63,902 bases of DNA from Phoronis australis (Eukaryota > Animalia > Phoronida). Of this stretch, positions 52,101-61,939 are shown piece after piece. The notes under the pieces are model-generated. The model was given only the letters and a program-made list of their open reading frames with translations, did not search any database and was not told the origin of the DNA. The stretch lies in NCBI GenBank assembly GCA_002633005.1, contig NMRA01000414.1, positions 248,099 to 312,000 on the forward strand, in the 5' to 3' direction. Within the stretch, counting starts at the first letter, position 1, and each line of letters begins with the position of its first letter. The translations under genes and the position numbers were made by a program.

Positions 52101-55050
52101 GTGATAAATACCTTTTACCAAAAAAGGAGAAATTTCACTTGTCCGCCATATTGTGTACTAAATTGGGGAGATTTCACCATAATGACATTTCCTCATCTAA
52201 TATTGTTCAATAAGCTCTTATAACTCTTTTAGTTGGCCTAACATATACATTTCCGTCTAAATAAAATGGTCGAGACTCAAGGGCCGACCACATTCAGTGT
52301 CATGCCAAAACTCTGCCTGTAGATTGAAGAAAGGTTTTAGAGAGGAAAACCATACATAATCATTGTATGCAAAGAGTTGATTTTTGTCCAGTGCAGCACA
52401 TAATCAGTTACGTAGTGGAAGAATTGAAGGATCGTGACAATCTGAGGACTTAATGCTAAAATTCATGACTTTAGTTGAACAGAGTACAATTGCAGCAGTC
52501 TTGAGTCATTACAACATAACATGCGCTTCAGAGAGTCTTACTGCTTCTAAACTGGGCCAGCTTGGGCACAAAAAAGTGGCCATGTCGTAAGTCCTCTATA
52601 TGCCGATTGTCTTTCACAATAGGTCATGGAGAGGTGATTAAAAATAAATATGCGACAGAGAAGTGCAGCAATGCAATCACAACAAAAATAGCTAGTTTAT
52701 GATTTTATTGAGGACTGAAGTTTTGTGTAACTGGATGGGCACACCATCAACGCCAACTCTTGAAGAGTGACGTGAGAACACCAGCTACAGGGTGAATGAG
52801 AAATCCGTTGCTACAGTGTGTCACTTCGGATCTCCCATCGGCTGAGTCGAGACTACTCGGTATCGTCCTTTATATTTGTGACTGTTTGTTACTGTACTTT
52901 ACCAGCTGCCCCATCTGAGCACTCTACAGACGAGACACGTTTGAAAGAAATCTTAATTCATGAAATTTGTATTTGTTTAAGTTGGAAAGATTTAAAGACA
53001 CCAACGGCCTACTGATATGCCTTTCCTTCTATGCACGAATGGTACACTGGTTCTCAAATCTTGTTTAAATGAGGACCCTCGCATCCTACTATTGCCTTGG
53101 CAAAATACGCCAAAAGATTTTTTGCAGGTAGCGCTTCACATCCGAGTCAAGCTTATTATTAGTACTTATAATAACCTTGACTCGGATTAAAGCGTGACTT
53201 GCAAAAAAATCTTTTGGCATATTTTGCAAAGGCAATAGTAGGATGGGCGGTGCCTCATTTAAACGGGATTTGAGAACCAGTTACTCTCACTGAATAACAT
53301 GCGTTATTTTTCATCTATCCAACTAATACCTTGCCATATTAGAACAAGTCACCGCCTTCATGCACATCAGCATTCCTGAGGTTATGATGGACATTTCTTC
53401 AATTTTTGAATATTAATACGTGTGAACATAGGCAACACATACCCCTCGGCTGGCTGTCTACGGGCTAAAATACTCCCTATCACTTTCTATACTAATTGCA
53501 TCCTGTGTATTTCTAATGGGCGGTACAAAGCTGTATACTCGGGAACCCAATGGTCGTCCGCCTAAGCATAAAACCGGCTTGTTGTCGTACTCACCCAACT
53601 ATTCCACTTCAAAGTTATACTCTGCATAGAACTTGATTTGACTCTCACAAATCAATAGTATTAGTTGATTCAAAAGTTTTCTTTTATTTATGCCGCGTTG
53701 TTTGAACTGTGCATTGCTTTTCGGCAGCCATTTTATAATGACTCCTATGGTCGTCATATGCTGCCGCCTTTTGAAAGAACAGAAAACCACACAGAAAAAG
53801 GCCAAGAAAATAGTGGAAAGTGGTTTACAGCAATTCTACTACAACCANNNNNNNNNNNNNNNNNNNNNNNNNNNNNNNNNNNNNNNNNNNNNNNNNNNNN
53901 NNNNNNNNNNNNNNNNNNNNNNNNNNNNNNNNNNNNNNNNNNNNNNNNNNNNNNNNNNNNNNNNNNNNNNNNNNNNNNNNNNNNNNNNNNNNNNNNNNNN
54001 NNNNNNNNNNNNNNNNNNNNNNNNNNNNNNNNNNNNNNNNNNNNNNNNNNNNNNNNNNNNNNNNNNNNNNNNNNNNNNNNNNNNNNNNNNNNNNNNNNNN
54101 NNNNNNNNNNNNNNNNNNNNNNNNNNNNNNNNNNNNNNNNNNNNNNNNNNNNNNNNNNNNNNNNNNNNNNNNNNNNNNNNNNNNNNNNNNNNNNNNNNNN
54201 NNNTGAAGAAAATTTAATTTCGAAAATATCTTCTGAAAATGAACAAAAAAGTGCATTAGTAAAATCTACAAGTTTTTGAGTGGTCTCAAAAAAACAGTCG
54301 GTAAATGCATTAATTTTAGTCTCAGTTCTTCCATGCGTGTTTCTCCCGAGAGGTTATTACCTAACGTGCAGACGAGCACTCCAAATTGGACCGCTAAGTC
54401 CCGCGTGGCTGCGCTGCACGCGAAAGAAGATGGCGGACGACCTTTGGAGCCTGATGACGATAGGTATTCGGACTATATATAAATATACAGCTTTGTACCA
54501 AGGCTAAATTGTCTCCTGAGTCAGGGTATGTGTTAATCATAACTTCATGAGTATATTTGCATGTTTCATTTGATTTTATTCACTATATTAGTATATTTAT
54601 TGATCAAAGTCGATTTATTTTTAAAGAAATGTGCACACTCAAGCCAACGTAATTGCATGTGAACAGGTCCTAGATCTAGTAGATGCTACTAGAATGTTCA
54701 CCAAGTGGGCAGACCATGGATTTGTAAGCCATTGCCTTGTTTTGTCTTGTCCTGTAAATTCCTGCGGTTATTTGATGCAGCACCGTCCTCAGACACAGTG
54801 GTTTTACATACCAATACCCACTTCCTCGCCAGGCTCTCCGTCCGGGATTTCCATGTATCAAAACACGCATATCAGTCACTAATCGGATGTTGCCACACAC
54901 ACCACTCAACTCGCAATCGACAAATTTGCATGGCGTCAGGATAACACACTGCATTCAGACATACTGTACTCCACATCAGCCATAAATGACCGAATCAAAA
55001 CTTACCAAGGTCTGTTCATAGCCAAAACTTTTCCCGTCGGTGGAGTCCAT
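4012..55050 (-). CDS. CLCN2: ClC-2/ClC-a-type voltage-gated chloride channel, whole spliced gene span (~955 aa with linker micro-exons)
   Basis: Manually spliced exons with GT-AG boundaries and consistent phases give YEQTL|MYGRY N-terminus, GSGIP, GKE|[21 protein letters not shown] motifs and two CBS domains. Val after FSIE indicates the channel rather than the exchanger branch. Confidence 0.96.
5148..5234 (-). CDS. CLCN2: ClC-2 exon, CBS2 ([29 protein letters not shown])
   Basis: 87 nt, tgtag| ... GAG|gtaaat. Confidence 0.97.
5457..5965. mobile_element. MITE with CAGGGCTTGGAAT TIRs and 6-bp TSD (TTACAT)
   Basis: 13-bp TIRs; TTACAT on both flanks; near full-length homolog at 31928-32430. 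Confidence 0.9.
6868..6972 (-). CDS. CLCN2: ClC-2 exon, CBS2 start ([27 protein letters not shown])
   Basis: 105 nt, hallmark [16 protein letters not shown]. Confidence 0.97.
7835..7870 (-). CDS. CLCN2: ClC-2 36-nt exon ([12 protein letters not shown])
   Basis: ttttttcag| ... GAG|gtatga, phase 0-0; DM-x-x-x-E precedes the conserved QWE. Confidence 0.85.
8748..8780 (-). CDS. CLCN2: ClC-2 putative 33-nt micro-exon ([11 protein letters not shown])
   Basis: ttttttgtcaag| ... GTG|gtaagt, phase 0-0; basic/hydrophobic stretch immediately before the IDM motif. Confidence 0.6.
9743..9830 (-). CDS. CLCN2: ClC-2 linker exon ([16 protein letters not shown])
   Basis: ttttttggcag| ... GAG|gtaagt, 88 nt, open as phase 2 to 0 (phase 0 reading hits TAA). 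Confidence 0.7.
10161..10186 (-). CDS. CLCN2: ClC-2 putative 26-nt linker micro-exon (QPLHYPTTR)
   Basis: tttgctacag| ... CG|gtatgc; supplies the phase 0-to-2 change needed before the 9743-9830 exon. Confidence 0.6.
10493..10663 (-). CDS. CLCN2: ClC-2 linker exon 18 ([20 protein letters not shown])
   Basis: 171 nt, phase 0-0, tttatctag| ... GAG|gtaatc. Confidence 0.82.
11873..12168 (-). CDS. CLCN2: ClC-2 exon 17 ([22 protein letters not shown])
   Basis: 296 nt, end of CBS1 and start of linker, |gtgaga. Confidence 0.94.
13744..13880 (-). CDS. CLCN2: ClC-2 exon 16b, CBS1 variant B ([27 protein letters not shown])
   Basis: 137 nt, ttttgtag| ... G|gtaaac, phase 2 to 1, no stops, TACTAAC branch point at 13928-13934. 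Confidence 0.88.
14489..14625 (-). CDS. CLCN2: ClC-2 exon 16a, CBS1 variant A ([27 protein letters not shown])
   Basis: 137 nt, ttgcag| ... G|gtaagt, phase 2 to 1. Confidence 0.93.
15557..15672 (-). CDS. CLCN2: ClC-2 exon 15 ([27 protein letters not shown]..)
   Basis: 116 nt, central Tyr motif, AA|gtaagt (phase 2). Confidence 0.96.
16112..16320 (-). CDS. CLCN2: ClC-2 exon 14 ([24 protein letters not shown])
   Basis: 209 nt, tgcag| ... |gtgaga. Confidence 0.97.
16700..16919. repeat. ~220-bp imperfect palindrome (MITE) in intron 13
   Basis: gcctttct..acgtgagagg..tctgacgg..tctcggaac mirrored on the right arm. Confidence 0.8.
17107..17176 (-). CDS. CLCN2: ClC-2 exon 13 ([23 protein letters not shown])
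   Basis: 70 nt, GxFxP motif, G|gtaagt. Confidence 0.95.
17882..18040 (-). CDS. CLCN2: ClC-2 exon 12 ([22 protein letters not shown])
   Basis: 159 nt, phase 0-0, tttcag| ... |gtgaga. Confidence 0.93.
19269..19353 (-). CDS. CLCN2: ClC-2 exon 11 ([18 protein letters not shown])
   Basis: 85 nt, tttccag| ... |gtaagt. Confidence 0.95.
19624..19732. repeat. ~110-bp hairpin repeat
   Basis: cacttacagggg..tttgagaaccagttt / aaactggttctcaaa..cccctgtaagtg. Confidence 0.7.
20537..20638 (-). CDS. CLCN2: ClC-2 exon 10 ([16 protein letters not shown]..)
   Basis: 102 nt, ttttgtag| ... AA|gtaagt. Confidence 0.95.
21215..21397. repeat. 72-bp direct duplication (period 111) including the exon 9 donor
   Basis: 21215-21286 matches 21326-21397. 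Confidence 0.85.
21393..21477 (-). CDS. CLCN2: ClC-2 exon 9 ([18 protein letters not shown])
   Basis: 85 nt, ttgtag| ... GG|gttagt. Confidence 0.94.
22164..22382. mobile_element. Short derivative of the CAGGGCTTGGAAT MITE family
   Basis: CATGGCTTGGAAT..TTCCAAGCCCTG ends, ATTAT flanks; internal part shared with 29043-29292. Confidence 0.75.
22617..22742 (-). CDS. CLCN2: ClC-2 exon 8 ([23 protein letters not shown]..)
   Basis: 126 nt, ttttag| ... G|gtatgt. Confidence 0.97.
23447..23588. repeat. ~40-bp tandem repeat (4 copies, decaying) derived from the exon 7 3' end plus donor
   Basis: ctcacctccaatagga unit at 23564 and 23524, degenerate copies at ~23486 and ~23447. Confidence 0.8.
23569..23647 (-). 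CDS. CLCN2: ClC-2 exon 7 ([26 protein letters not shown])
   Basis: 79 nt, ttttcag| ... G|gtgaga. Confidence 0.96.
24339..24416 (-). CDS. CLCN2: ClC-2 exon 6 ([14 protein letters not shown])
   Basis: 78 nt, phase 0-0, tttcag| ... |gtatgt. Confidence 0.96.
25616..25749 (-). CDS. CLCN2: ClC-2 exon 5 ([19 protein letters not shown])
   Basis: Selectivity-filter GSGIP and gating GKE; ttttcag| ... |gtgagg. Confidence 0.97.
26554..26640. repeat. Purine-rich (GA/GGGAGA, GATA) microsatellite
   Basis: Direct reading. Confidence 0.8.
27034..27162 (-). CDS. CLCN2: ClC-2 exon 4 (..[15 protein letters not shown])
   Basis: tttcag| ... G|gtaggt, 129 nt, inside ORF 26900..27250. Confidence 0.95.
   Translation of the reverse strand, partial: PTTGYIRSSTSHQSYSTWPGSATHYCLSCFPRASHTSSLHKP
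27672..27803 (-). CDS. CLCN2: ClC-2 exon 3 (..[25 protein letters not shown]..)
   Basis: ttccag| ... G|gtattg, 132 nt, helix B motif GEDWIFL. Confidence 0.95.
27818..29040. mobile_element. Helentron/HINE-like non-autonomous element with internal ~160-bp tandem duplication of a (GAT/GAC)-rich unit
   Basis: Begins AACAA..AGCGCTCTGAGGAGCG, ends with hairpin CTTGGCGAAAT-TT-ATTTCGCCAAG followed by TAATAA; repeat units at ~27850-28007 and ~28008-28165. Confidence 0.6.
29043..29292. mobile_element. Short derivative of the CAGGGCTTGGAAT MITE family
   Basis: Degenerate left TIR, intact right TIR, flanks ataaag/aaaaag; shares TGAATAAAGTCA..AAAGAGACGAAAAA core with 22164-22382. Confidence 0.65.
31455..32452. 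mobile_element. hAT-like MITE (CAGGCCTTT..AAAGGCCTG) with 8-bp TSD CTG/CGGAGC
   Basis: 9-bp TIR; flanks ctgggagc and ctcggagc (7/8 match). Confidence 0.75.
31928..32430. mobile_element. Second copy of the CAGGGCTTGGAAT MITE, 6-bp TSD CAAAAT, nested in an hAT-like MITE
   Basis: Same TIRs and internal sequence as 5457-5965; CAAAAT on both flanks. Confidence 0.9.
32689..32845 (-). CDS. CLCN2: ClC-2 exon 2 ([14 protein letters not shown]...CCRVLK)
   Basis: tgtag|ATG acceptor, G|gtaagc donor, 157 nt, phase 0 to 1. Confidence 0.95.
36343..37040. mobile_element. CAGTGGCGGATCTAG-type MITE, 7-bp TSD ACTATCC, containing a nested PIF/Harbinger-like MITE (~36522-37025)
   Basis: TIR cagtggcagatttag / ctagatccgccactg; actatcc on both flanks. 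Confidence 0.75.
38806..38930 (-). mobile_element. tRNA-derived SINE-like fragment; related copy at 12272-12406
   Basis: Minus-strand TGGCTCAGTGG (A box) and GGTTCAAGTCC (B box); shared ccacctgttggc.acatcacg..aagtctgaa.agattt flank. Confidence 0.5.
39076..39083 (+). promoter_or_regulatory. TATA box of inhibitor gene A
   Basis: TATATAAA 73 nt upstream of ATG; the paralogs have TATA-like motifs at similar distance (66 and 62 nt). Confidence 0.65.
39149..40665 (+). CDS. Pacifastin-like secreted protease inhibitor A (exons 39149-39302 and 40535-40665; 94 aa; reactive loop CTEMSC)
   Basis: Signal peptide [22 protein letters not shown], then [18 protein letters not shown]|[30 protein letters not shown]; phase-1 GT-AG intron; TATATAAA at 39076; AATAAA at 40787. 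Confidence 0.85.
41304..42212. mobile_element. Two oppositely oriented CAGTGGCGGAT-type MITE copies (~41304-41464 and ~41910-42212), apparently inside TACAGGGTG..CACCCTGTA Tc1/mariner-like ends
   Basis: 41304-41395 is the reverse complement of 42135-42212; outer ends at ~41253 and ~42224. Confidence 0.55.
43001..43009 (+). promoter_or_regulatory. TATA box of inhibitor gene B
   Basis: TATATAAAA 66 nt upstream of ATG. Confidence 0.7.
43067..44427 (+). CDS. Pacifastin-like secreted protease inhibitor B (exons 43067-43214 and 44297-44427; 92 aa; reactive loop CTKIAC)
   Basis: Signal peptide [20 protein letters not shown], then [18 protein letters not shown]|[30 protein letters not shown]; TATATAAAA at 43001; AATAAA at 44478. 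Confidence 0.87.
45568..46057. mobile_element. PIF/Harbinger-like MITE, 3-bp TSD TAC, inverted homolog of 36522-37025
   Basis: AGGCCCTTTCATACT..AGTGTGAAAGGGCTT TIRs; TAC flanks; internal repeated CGAAGTTAAC motifs. Confidence 0.8.
46902..46908 (+). promoter_or_regulatory. TATA-like box of inhibitor gene C
   Basis: TATTTAA 62 nt upstream of ATG. Confidence 0.5.
46964..47941 (+). CDS. Pacifastin-like secreted protease inhibitor C (exons 46964-47108 and 47811-47941; 91 aa; reactive loop CNRKAC)
   Basis: Signal peptide [21 protein letters not shown], then [19 protein letters not shown]|[30 protein letters not shown]; TATTTAA at 46902; AATAAA at 48025. Confidence 0.87.
48189..48566. mobile_element. 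MITE with ~100-bp TIRs
   Basis: taagaaatcacagatgaaatt..ctctcacggactt is mirrored by aagtccgtgagag..aatttcatctgtgatttctta. Confidence 0.8.
53046..53281. repeat. ~235-bp imperfect palindrome (foldback MITE)
   Basis: actggttctcaaatc..tccgagtcaag-loop-cttgactcgga..gatttgagaaccagt. Confidence 0.85.
53848..54203. other. Assembly gap (356 N)
   Basis: Run of N. Confidence 1.
55006..55050 (-). CDS. CLCN2: ClC-2 coding exon 1 ([15 protein letters not shown])
   Basis: AAG-ATG-G start with in-frame TGA 7 codons upstream; TTG|GTAAGT donor, phase 0; YEQTL is the typical ClC-2 N-terminus. Confidence 0.92.
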
Positions 55051-55369
55051 CTTCGATGTCAAGTGTGGTCACTTAATATTGAGCTTGTGAAATTAAGAAG
55101 CGATAATGATGAAGTTCGTCAACAGATGGCAATACATCCTAGTTAAAAAAATACTATAGATGACAGCACTGTCGTTCAATTTTGACAAACATAGTCGACG
55201 ACGTGAAAAAACATAATTTGCTTTTCAAAGAATATTCAGCGTGTTCACTGACAAATCTGAAACTAGTTTACGATTTAGAATAATCTCAGTTTGCCTCACT
55301 GTTTTTTTTAAATAGTGTATACAAGAACAACGCCTAATAAGGCAAGTGTTCGAATATTGCATCATTCTG

Positions 55370-55452
55370 ATTGGTCAAGCGAACAATGTGTAGTGTTGGA
55401 TTGCGTTCCGTTAACCTAGAGTGCTGGCGATTAAGTCCAATACAGTCACGTG
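55370..55452 (-). promoter_or_regulatory. Candidate proximal promoter motifs for ClC-2 exon 1 (CCAAT box 55370-55374; GTCACGTG E-box 55445-55452)
   Basis: Motifs lie 320-400 nt upstream of the ATG in a relatively CpG-rich segment. Confidence 0.3.
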
Positions 55453-58400
55453 CTTCTCGTGTAATGCATCACGTTATTGTGCGAAGATTTACGCGATCTA
55501 GTATTTCTTGTGTGAATCTTGGTCTATGGAACGCAGCTTGGTAATCGTTAGTCGGTAGCAATATGAGTAAAGGTATTCAATTATATAAACAAACCGTATC
55601 CGCACAATACCTTTCTAGTCCACGAAGTAATCAATGGCAATGAACAATGCAGTGATTTCCCGCCATTTCACTCACCAAACGAACTACGTTCAACGTAGCA
55701 CTGGGTCGCACCAGGGGCAGATCCAGGATTTTTAAAGGGTTCAGATCAATGATTTTTTTTAAAGGGCGGTCCAAGTCAACAATTTGAAAATTCTAGATTT
55801 AATATCACTAAAGTAAAAAAGGGGGTCTAGACCCTTGACCCTCGTGGATCCGCCTATACCGTACCGTAAAATTGAAAGAAAACCTCAATGAGACGAGCTG
55901 TGAAGAACACCGGGGTTGTGTATACAAAAGTCACAAAAATATTTCGCTAGCTTTTCCACATGTCGTTGTTTCAAATTCTGGCGAAGGGGTGTCACATAAA
56001 ATTACTTGGTCTACCATTGTGAGTTCCAAGTGAGTTACTGGTATGTAACAAAACATTTTTTTTTTTCAGAAAACTAATTTTATTATTTTAAACTTTTGAC
56101 AACGAAACCTTTTAAGATGCGCTTTATGAAAATGACTTTTTAGAATTTATTAAGTGCGGGACAGTGCTGTCTATTCGTTGCTTACTTGAACTGTCGGTAC
56201 ATATTCCGCGACAGAACATAACTATTGTAGATCCAAGAGGCATTAGAATGATATATAAAATGCGACTATATTTCTAGAGTGGTCATGTCTCATCTTCAAT
56301 TGATCTTCAAACAGAGATAAATTGATTCAAGGTAGGTGAACATGTACAACAACAAGTCACAAAAGGTCACAACCTTGGTCACAACCCTGTCAAGCCGGTG
56401 CAAACTAATGACAATAGATGGGATAAAGATAGGGACGCGAAATACGGGCACAATGGGAATTGCTTTTTAGAAATTTTTCTTACGCGTTTTCGAGTTTTAT
56501 CACAGGAAATTTGTAATAAATTAATTGAAATCTAATATTTATTTCAGAAATTTTGAGCTCTTCATAAATTGTCAAAAGTCATTGAAAAAGCTAATAATCT
56601 TATTTGGTTCTATGCCTTTTGAAATATTTGATGGGGTAGTGCGATATCATTTTTGTTCGCCCACTTTTCATAAGAAAGTTACCCAAGACGAGTAAAAAGT
56701 GATGCGTATTTTTCATTTTAATTCATTTTTCTTTTTTTGTTATGCCAAACTAAAACCACTTTCAGTGCTTCAGCGACCTATTTCTAAAAGAGAAGGGTGG
56801 GGGGGGGGGGCAATGAATTAGACAACTCCACTAGACCTCGCTTGGCAAGCCCACGGCGTTTAAAGTCTTGTTTGCGTACATTTATAAAGTTCGAGAACTT
56901 GTTGAAATTGAGGTGCAGGTTTCAACTTTTGGTTGCATTTCAGGCTTAATATTAGGCTTAGGCAATACCAAAAGACAAACAGAATAGCTAAATTTTAATA
57001 TTTCAATAGTTGATTTTTTTGGTAGTCAGATCCCAGTCTGTTCAAGTAACATAGAGATGTCGCCACTACGCACTTTATGAGAAATTACCCCTGCTGTACG
57101 TGGTCTTTTCTGATACTGATTGTTTGGAGACATCGCCTAGAATACATGTACTCATAATAAACTAATTGGGTCAGTACTTCTCTCACATTACTATATATAT
57201 CAATATACCAAAATAAACCATCCATCATTTGTCAAAGTGCTTGATTGACGTTCTCCACCGATAAGCAACCTGGTGGGGAAATTTGGTTAATTGAGAACAA
57301 AACACACCTACACGTGTAGTTATTACGTACAGATATTGGCGGTGTCACTTCGTACAAGATAAAGGAAGATAGGGGCGATTGATGGTTTTCGGAAATTACC
57401 CGCATTAGCTCGGTAGAGTTCAGTAACGCTACGTCCTCGCTAGAAAAGTACGACTTCGCAAAATTACGCGAGATATTGCCGTGTATTTTCAACGAGAGCA
57501 CGTGATTTTGGCTATATTTTCTCAGGCTCGCCGCGAAACAGCTACAGAACGCTACCCAGGACTATTCCATTTTACTTGCGGATCGGAGGACTTTACCATT
57601 CAAGGGTTGGCGAGGACGTACCGACAATGCGGGCCGCACGTATGAAACGTTTAACTTTCTCACTCGACTACTGCCGCCGTAGTTTGATCTTGCCTAACGA
57701 ACTTTGACGAGAATGGGTATTTTTCGTCACTTCGTATTATCTCGGGTACGGGCTTAGTCCAGGTTACTGCGTTTGAGCCTGTGTTCTGAATGCGCAAAGT
57801 CACCCCGTCCCCATTATTAGGTAAAAGAGTCCCCGACATTGGTTGGCCTACCCGTGTCACTGCCAATGATTAGTGATCGGGGCGATTGAGTAAATACTTT
57901 CAGGAAATAATTCAATTTTTTTGTTTCCGAGGGGACAGGGACTTCAAAAACGCACAAAACAATCCTGACCAAAGAAACAAACCGAAATGAATTTAAAGCT
58001 GCATTCGCACTGTTAGCAAAAGCTGGCAAAAATGAAAATCGAATTAGCCTTCTACTATCATGAAATCGGTCGCATAATATTCTTTGTTATGGTAGGATTC
58101 TAGTTCAGTTACCAGTAAGAAGATTGTGAATTCGAACGTAGTGCCTGTGACCCGAGTTGCCAACTCATTCGGCAACAATTCAAGATCGGGTGAATGGATT
58201 TGTTTTTACGCACTAAAACGAATGTCCCTTTAAACAATGATAGATATGTTTATTAAAATCGCATATCATTTTTGTACAGTTATGGTGGATGCGTTTTAAT
58301 GAGCGGTCTTTCATTTTTGAATTTCTGGTTGTGCACCTCAAAAATGACACTTTCTTTTCATTAACTTAGAAAACTGTTTTAACCTACTTCAGATTCTCTT

Positions 58401-61400
58401 TGGTTGTCTGCACACTCAGTCGAACTGTGGCATACAGATAGTAAGAAACGTAGATCAAAAAATTTACTTTATCTTCCAATGACATGTATTTCCCCCCCGA
58501 GAAAATCATCCACCACACAGGGGTCTTCTATGCAAAATCTATTCCCCTTCTTAGAAAACCTACTAAAGCGTAGTTGTTTGCTTTGAAGAGCTACAAAACA
58601 GTAAATTTTGTTGTAGTGAAGGCGATAGGTCATTGGTTCAATACCCAGAAGCCAAGGGTCACTGGCCTCGTAGATTTCCGCGAAAAGCGAAAGAAAAAAG
58701 CATATATTGATGAAAAACCCGCGCAACTGTTGACGTCTTGTCCAAGATAAATTCGTGTAATCTTATAGAACTTTATCTACTCTTCATTGTCGCCGATTGT
58801 CTCTTAAATTTCCGTGTACGTTTTGTTGACGTCAGGCTTCGAGAACAATTCATAATAACATTATTTAGATTTGAAGGTGGTTCAAGTGCTTTGTGGTAGG
58901 CCTATAAAGGTGGGTTTAGGGAGGGCCTAGTGGCTCCCCCCACGTCTTTAAAACTCCTCGTTTTGGTTCATGATTTGGGAGGCGACCCTTTATTTTGGGA
59001 AAAATGAACACAGGGTATCAAACATGTTCATCATGACTGGACTGTAAATGTTTCACGCAAGCATATTTACAGTCGAGGAAAATGACCTTTTTGTTAGTCT
59101 CGTCGTCATGAATTAGGAAACGATTTGGTCAATAGTTGACTCAAGAGTGAACATTAACTACAATCAGCTATCGGTCAAATGTCGGAATAAATTCTACGTT
59201 CCCGAAGCCATTCTGAATTGTTTCAAAAAACACAATGAACGTGAAATTATCAAAATTCTTATTTCATTGGTGAATGAGATGAGGTTGCGTTCCTGGATTA
59301 ACTGGCATTAGTTTCATTTGTGTGAACGATCAGCCGTTTCATCAAATTACAGCGTTTCTGTAATTTCTCAAACTCAAATAAGACACGTTAGATTCGACAT
59401 TTTATTAAGCTTACGTCGCAACTTTAGAAGTTTGACAGAAATAATTTACATAAATACATTGTCACTTCTTACATATTCCAGTATTTACAATCAAAAAAAA
59501 AAATAAATTACTTATGACACAGGGAAGCGCGGGATAACCTATAATATCGCCATGTTCGGCTTCAGCGTTAACATTCGTAGCAAGGTGGCAGCTGCTATCA
59601 TTTTCATCCCAGAGACGTATATTCTCGACAACAACCGCCTACGCGGTAACATATGCGGGCAATGTACGCAACTGGATGAGAAACCACAGGACGCCATATT
59701 GAACTTTGGGTCAGAGCCAGCTTATACCAAGGGGCGACTCAAAGGACAAACAAGTCAAAATCCACAAATATTTCTAAGCATTGATTAATGAAGGGATATC
59801 GAAACTACTCTGGCGGTCTGTTTCAAATTAACCAATCAAATTGCACAACTGAACATAAGTAAACAGACAAACAAAGGCACATTCATAAAATTTAATAGAC
59901 ATTGTTCCCCTGACCTAAATCAGAACTTAAGTTTTGTTTACTTTCGTTTCACTACTTTGTGCCTTTCTCACGACGAGACCGCCACAACAGAAACTATGTG
60001 ATCGATATTTGACGCCCAGCCAAAGTGATGACTGGAAAAGCTTGGCAGAGGGCCAGTTGCTATCGATTAGATATCGTCTGCGCGTAATTTCTGCGGTGTC
60101 ATGGTCTTCGTGGTCGCACTCACTATCATTTTGGACAATCCCGTCTCATAAACTGTTACAATTATCAGCTAAGACCCATGATATGACATAATTTCTATTT
60201 GCTTATGTTAGAAGAACAGTGACTCTTGTATTTAACTAGAAAGCATCGTCTGCCGTAATTCCGGCCACTCGTGATTAAATTGGGAAATTTCCAACTATGA
60301 ATAACATCATAAACAAAGCTGCAGTCGGAAACGAGCCAAGCTGGTCGTTGTAATCGCACAGTTTGTGCCAGTAACACAGATATGAAACAAACCGGAGGGG
60401 AAATCCAACATAAATAATCCGGAAATATTTATGGCACGATTCCAAATTCTACTTATCACAACATCCTGGGAAATCAACCAGTCACTTTTGTTCCACACAG
60501 TCACGACTTCATGACCACGACATTTATTTGGTTTTGCTAAAAGTTCGTTGAAATGTGAACACATCGCACCCTTCTTCAACTTTGCCTACGTGACAAAAAC
60601 AAACCGCGCTGAAAAACTAGGGCAGACAATCTGACAATCAACATGATGGCTGATATAAATAAGGTGTTTACCTTACTGTAACTTATATGATGAATTTTCG
60701 ATTTTGAAAACATTAACAAGACAGATAAGTCGACACAGAGAATATTAAATTTACTCGTCAAATTTTACGTCACGACAAAAATGCTTTTATCATTCAAGAT
60801 TTAGTGGTCTATGGTAGAACAAACATTGGGCGGGCTACACACTAAACATTATGAAAGACATGACCTATGAGAAAATTCGTGTTTGTTAGTCAGCCCCCCA
60901 CACCACTCATGAGTCGCAACACTGGCATTATCATCGCTAACACCATACAGTGAATGCACGACTAGTCAATAATAACAAAGAAGACCCAGACAGTGTGAAC
61001 TATTCCAGAACAGGTTCACAGTAATAAAATATGGGCGGAATGTATGCTGGGGTTTTGAACAAAGATCAAACCTCTTCAAGTGCTTAGTCCAGAAGTAGGA
61101 CAGACATTCGCCCACACCATTTGCCAAGGATGGATGACGAGAGAATTTCAGTGTAATAATGTGATGAGGATTCAGAGAAGAAAACCTATGTAATCAAAAT
61201 ACTGCGTTGAATAACAAAACCACAGGACAGATTTTTGGCAGGTGTGTCAGAATTCGGGATTGCTAGATACTTTATGTACGTTGTTATCAACTGACCAGTT
61301 ATTCTTGAAGTGATAATTTAAGTGCAAATACTGAGTGATGAGCATGTAAATTGTGATTTATTGGAGGAATGTTAGGTCTCAAAAGGAACCAAAGTGACCG

Positions 61401-61939
61401 GTTAAGATTCCCAGACTATTTAAGTACACTACTTCTGCTTGCCAATGAGACAAATAAATTATCACCGGTAGAATTCTATAATAAGTCCCATTGCTACACA
61501 AAATATTGCACTGTGATACCAGTTGAATTCAATTACATAATCATGTAGCTGCCTAGTACTTGGTACAAGGTTGTGGATTGCAGGACTGCGTGACATGAAA
61601 TAGTCATTCTTACTGGATATTTCCAGTACTATTAAGCAAACAGCTAACATGTAAAATGAGAACATTCAAACAGTAGTATAAAGGGCAACTGAACAGTGTA
61701 CCCTCAAAACCTAACGGTGGGAGGGCATAACACTTAATTAAATCTTAAACCATAAATAGCTACCATCATAAACAATGGCGGAAAGAACCAGGATGATAAT
61801 TTCTAAAACTTGAGTAATTGCATTGATAAATCACCACACACTCTTGCATAACATCTTGGGGGCACCAGCCCTTAGGATCTGCAGGAGCACATACCAGTGA
61901 GCAATCAATCGTCGGGACAACTAAAAAACGACAACTGGG

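Noticed and set aside
53665-54279. Long ORFs of 128-204 aa
   Set aside because: Artefacts of the N gap.
54400-54470. CpG-rich AAGATGGCGG start with a donor-like TAG|GTATTC on the plus strand
   Set aside because: No compatible downstream coding exons found in the window; may be a promoter motif or transposon end.
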